A program made the position numbers and the translations under genes. A DNA stretch of 32,000 nucleotides from Gemmata obscuriglobus (lineage in GTDB: Bacteria; Planctomycetota; Planctomycetia; Gemmatales; Gemmataceae): the NCBI RefSeq assembly GCF_008065095.1, contig NZ_CP042911.1, positions 1,410,001 through 1,442,000 on the forward strand, written 5' to 3'. Positions 30,354 through 32,000 of this stretch are shown in pieces. Below the pieces are notes generated by a model. That model made no database searches, was not told the origin of the DNA, and saw nothing but the letters and a program-made list of their open reading frames with translations. Numbering within the stretch: the first letter of the stretch is position 1; every line of letters starts with the position of its first letter.

Positions 30354-30460
30354 GCGTTCTCCGTTGCGCAACGTCGTCAGTAGACGGGTCCACACTACTG
30401 TACGGGCCGTCCCGCGGGCGCGTGCGACTCTCGCGCGATTTCGCCGGAATGCCCCGGCGC

Positions 30461-30948
30461 GAAGACCTAACCCCCCGGCCCCCTTCCCTAAAGGGAAGGG
30501 GGAGCAAAACCGAAGACAACCCACCCCCAACCCCTCCCTGAAGGGAGGGGAGGAAGGCAACCTACCCCCAGCCCCTCCCTGAAGGGAGGGGAGCAAAACC
30601 GAAGACAACCCACCCCCAGCCCCTCCCTGAAGGGAGGGGAGGAAGGCACTTCGGTTCCGCATCGCGAATCACGTTCGCTTCGCGGATCAACCATCCTCCC
30701 CCTCCCTTCAGGGAGGGGGCTGGGGGGTGGGTCGCCCCGCGCGCCCCTACCGCCCCGGGATCACTCCTCCCGGCGCCACCCCCTTCCCTTTAGGGAAGGG
30801 GGCCGGGGGGTTAGGTTGCCTTTCCTCCCCCTCCCTTCAGGGAGGGGGCTGGGGGGTGGGTCGCCCCGCGCGCCCCTACCGCCCCGGGATCACTCCTCCC
30901 GGCGCCACCCCCTTCCCTTCAGGGAAGGGGGCTGGGGGGTTAGGTCTG
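30461..30948. repeat. REP/BIME-like array E. Its inner part is inverted relative to array D, and its first ~40 nt are a direct repeat of the start of array D.
   Basis: GAAGACCTAACCCCCCGGCCCCCTTCCCT(A/G)AAGGGAAGGGGG occurs at 30461 and 24975. The unique element at 30645-30692 is the reverse complement of 25102-25149. A ~120-bp unit is duplicated at 30700-30820 and 30823-30945. Confidence 0.85.
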
Positions 30949-30977
30949 CATTTTCCGCCCGCTGCCATCGGCCGGGC

Positions 30978-32000
30978 ATGACCACACCCCGGCGCATCAC
31001 CGAACACGTCCGCGCTCCGTTCCGCGGCGCCCGCCCGAACCGCGAGTCGGGCACCATCGACGGCGTGCTCATCTGCGGCACCGCCAGCGCCAACGGGCGC
31101 GACTACCCCGTCGCCGTGCTGCGCCGCGACTGCGCCCGCTACGAGGGCCGGCCGGTCAACTGCGACCACGGCCGCGAGAGCACCGTGGAGCGGCGGCTCG
31201 GGTGGTTCACCAACGTCCGCCCCGGACCCGACGGGCGGCCCCGCGGCACCCTCAACCTGCTCCGCTCGCACCCCATGTACGAGCGCGTCATGGAGGCCGC
31301 CGAGCGCAACCCCGCGCTGTACGGGTTCAGCCACGTCGCGCTCTGCGACACCCGGCCCGGACCCGACGGGCGCGAGGTCGTCGAAGCCATCCGGGCCGTC
31401 GAGTCCATCGACCTCGTCGCACAACCCGCTACCACCAAAGGCCTGTTCGAAGGAGCACCCGTGCCGTTCACCCGCGCCCGACTGGTCGAGTGGCTCGCCG
31501 CGCACCCGGCGTCCACCCGCCGCCAACTCACCGCCGCCCGCCGGCTCGCCGAGATCGACGGCCCGGACGGCACCGACGGCACCGACATGCCGGCCGCCGA
31601 CGCGCCCCCGCCGCCCGACGCCGGCGCCGCCGCCCCGCTCGACGCCGCGTTCCTCGCCGCGGCCACCGACGAACTCAAGGCGTGCATGGCCGCCAAGGGC
31701 GACCCGAAGGCGCTCGGCAAGTGCCTCGCCAAGCTCAAGAAGATGCTCCGCGCGCACGCCGACATCACCACTGACGACACCGACACCGACGCCGACGCGC
31801 CCGAAACCGAGCCGCTCGACGACGACACCGACACCGACGACGGCGCCCCGAAGCCGGAGAGCGCGCGGCGCCGGGCCGGGGCCGTGCTGGAAGCGCTGGA
31901 CGTGTGCGAGCGGCTCGGCTACCGCCCCGGGCGCGAGGACCTGGAGCTGATCGCCGCCGCCCCGCGCGACCGCCGCGCCGCACTGGCCGCCCGGCTCCAG
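30978..32000 (+). CDS. Phage head-morphogenesis protein (prohead protease/scaffold-like), 3'-truncated by the window end
   Basis: Not in the ORF track because no stop is reached. I translated frame 0 from ATG 30978 to 32000 without a stop and with strong GC3 bias. MTTPRRITEH..GTIDGVLICGTASANGRDYP..YEGRPVNCDHGRE..GFSHVAL..VESIDLVAQPATTKGLFEG, followed by an acidic DDTDTDADAPETEPLDDDTDTDD region typical of scaffolds. Confidence 0.55.
   Translation, partial: MTTPRRITEHVRAPFRGARPNRESGTIDGVLICGTASANGRDYPVAVLRRDCARYEGRPVNCDHGRESTVERRLGWFTNVRPGPDGRPRGTLNLLRSHPMYERVMEAAERNPALYGFSHVALCDTRPGPDGREVVEAIRAVESIDLVAQPATTKGLFEGAPVPFTRARLVEWLAAHPASTRRQLTAARRLAEIDGPDGTDGTDMPAADAPPPPDAGAAAPLDAAFLAAATDELKACMAAKGDPKALGKCLAKLKKMLRAHADITTDDTDTDADAPETEPLDDDTDTDDGAPKPESARRRAGAVLEALDVCERLGYRPGREDLELIAAAPRDRRAALAARLQ

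Noticed and set aside
1-32000. Integrase, transposase, att sites or tRNA integration target that would define the mobile element borders
   Set aside because: None could be recognised in this window. The element boundaries, if any, lie outside it, so I make no claim of an intact prophage.

Overview
High-GC bacterial DNA: most 60-nt lines I counted by eye are about 70-80% G+C. The protein repertoire (TIGR02996 'repeat-companion' N-domains, CHAT protease, STAND fragment, bacteriophytochrome) suggests a Gemmata-like planctomycete; this is an inference, not a database result.

Backbone: the + strand carries a phage/plasmid-like backbone.
- P4/D5-type primase-helicase (29-1732, open at the window edge).
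- An iteron-rich ~100-bp inverted repeat, a possible origin (2169-2484).
- A ParB-like protein whose own coding sequence holds four palindromes spaced 36 bp apart (2572-3417).
- terS (4043-4798) and terL (4713-6248).
- A portal with a ~400-aa C-terminal extension (17195-19993).
- A prohead protease/scaffold-like gene that runs off the window (30978-32000).

The usual terL-portal-protease adjacency is broken twice, each time by about 11 kb of cargo.

Cargo block 1 (6378-16945):
- A split tandem array of six TIGR02996-N-domain genes. Five have near-identical ends and a hypervariable Gly/Asp/Tyr/His-rich core.
- The array is interrupted by a four-gene cassette: small beta-rich protein, 2-TM protein, ribosomal uL10-like fusion protein, CHAT caspase-like protease. 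This is my best candidate for an undescribed conflict system.
- A HicB/HicA pair follows the array.

Cargo block 2 (19994-30977):
- A 224-bp perfect duplication of the portal 3' end.
- A truncated STAND N-terminal fragment.
- A visibly lower-GC island (~21.5-24.3 kb) with a tight three-gene operon of unknown function.
- A GNAT acetyltransferase and a CheY-like receiver.
- A minus-strand operon of a bacteriophytochrome histidine kinase plus four small envelope proteins.

Five arrays of a GC-rich hairpin repeat (REP/BIME-like) bracket the functional modules, and two of them form a ~260-bp inverted repeat around the phytochrome segment. No rRNA, tRNA, CRISPR, integrase or transposase was recognised. 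Many long six-frame ORFs are antisense or out-of-frame artefacts of the high GC content.
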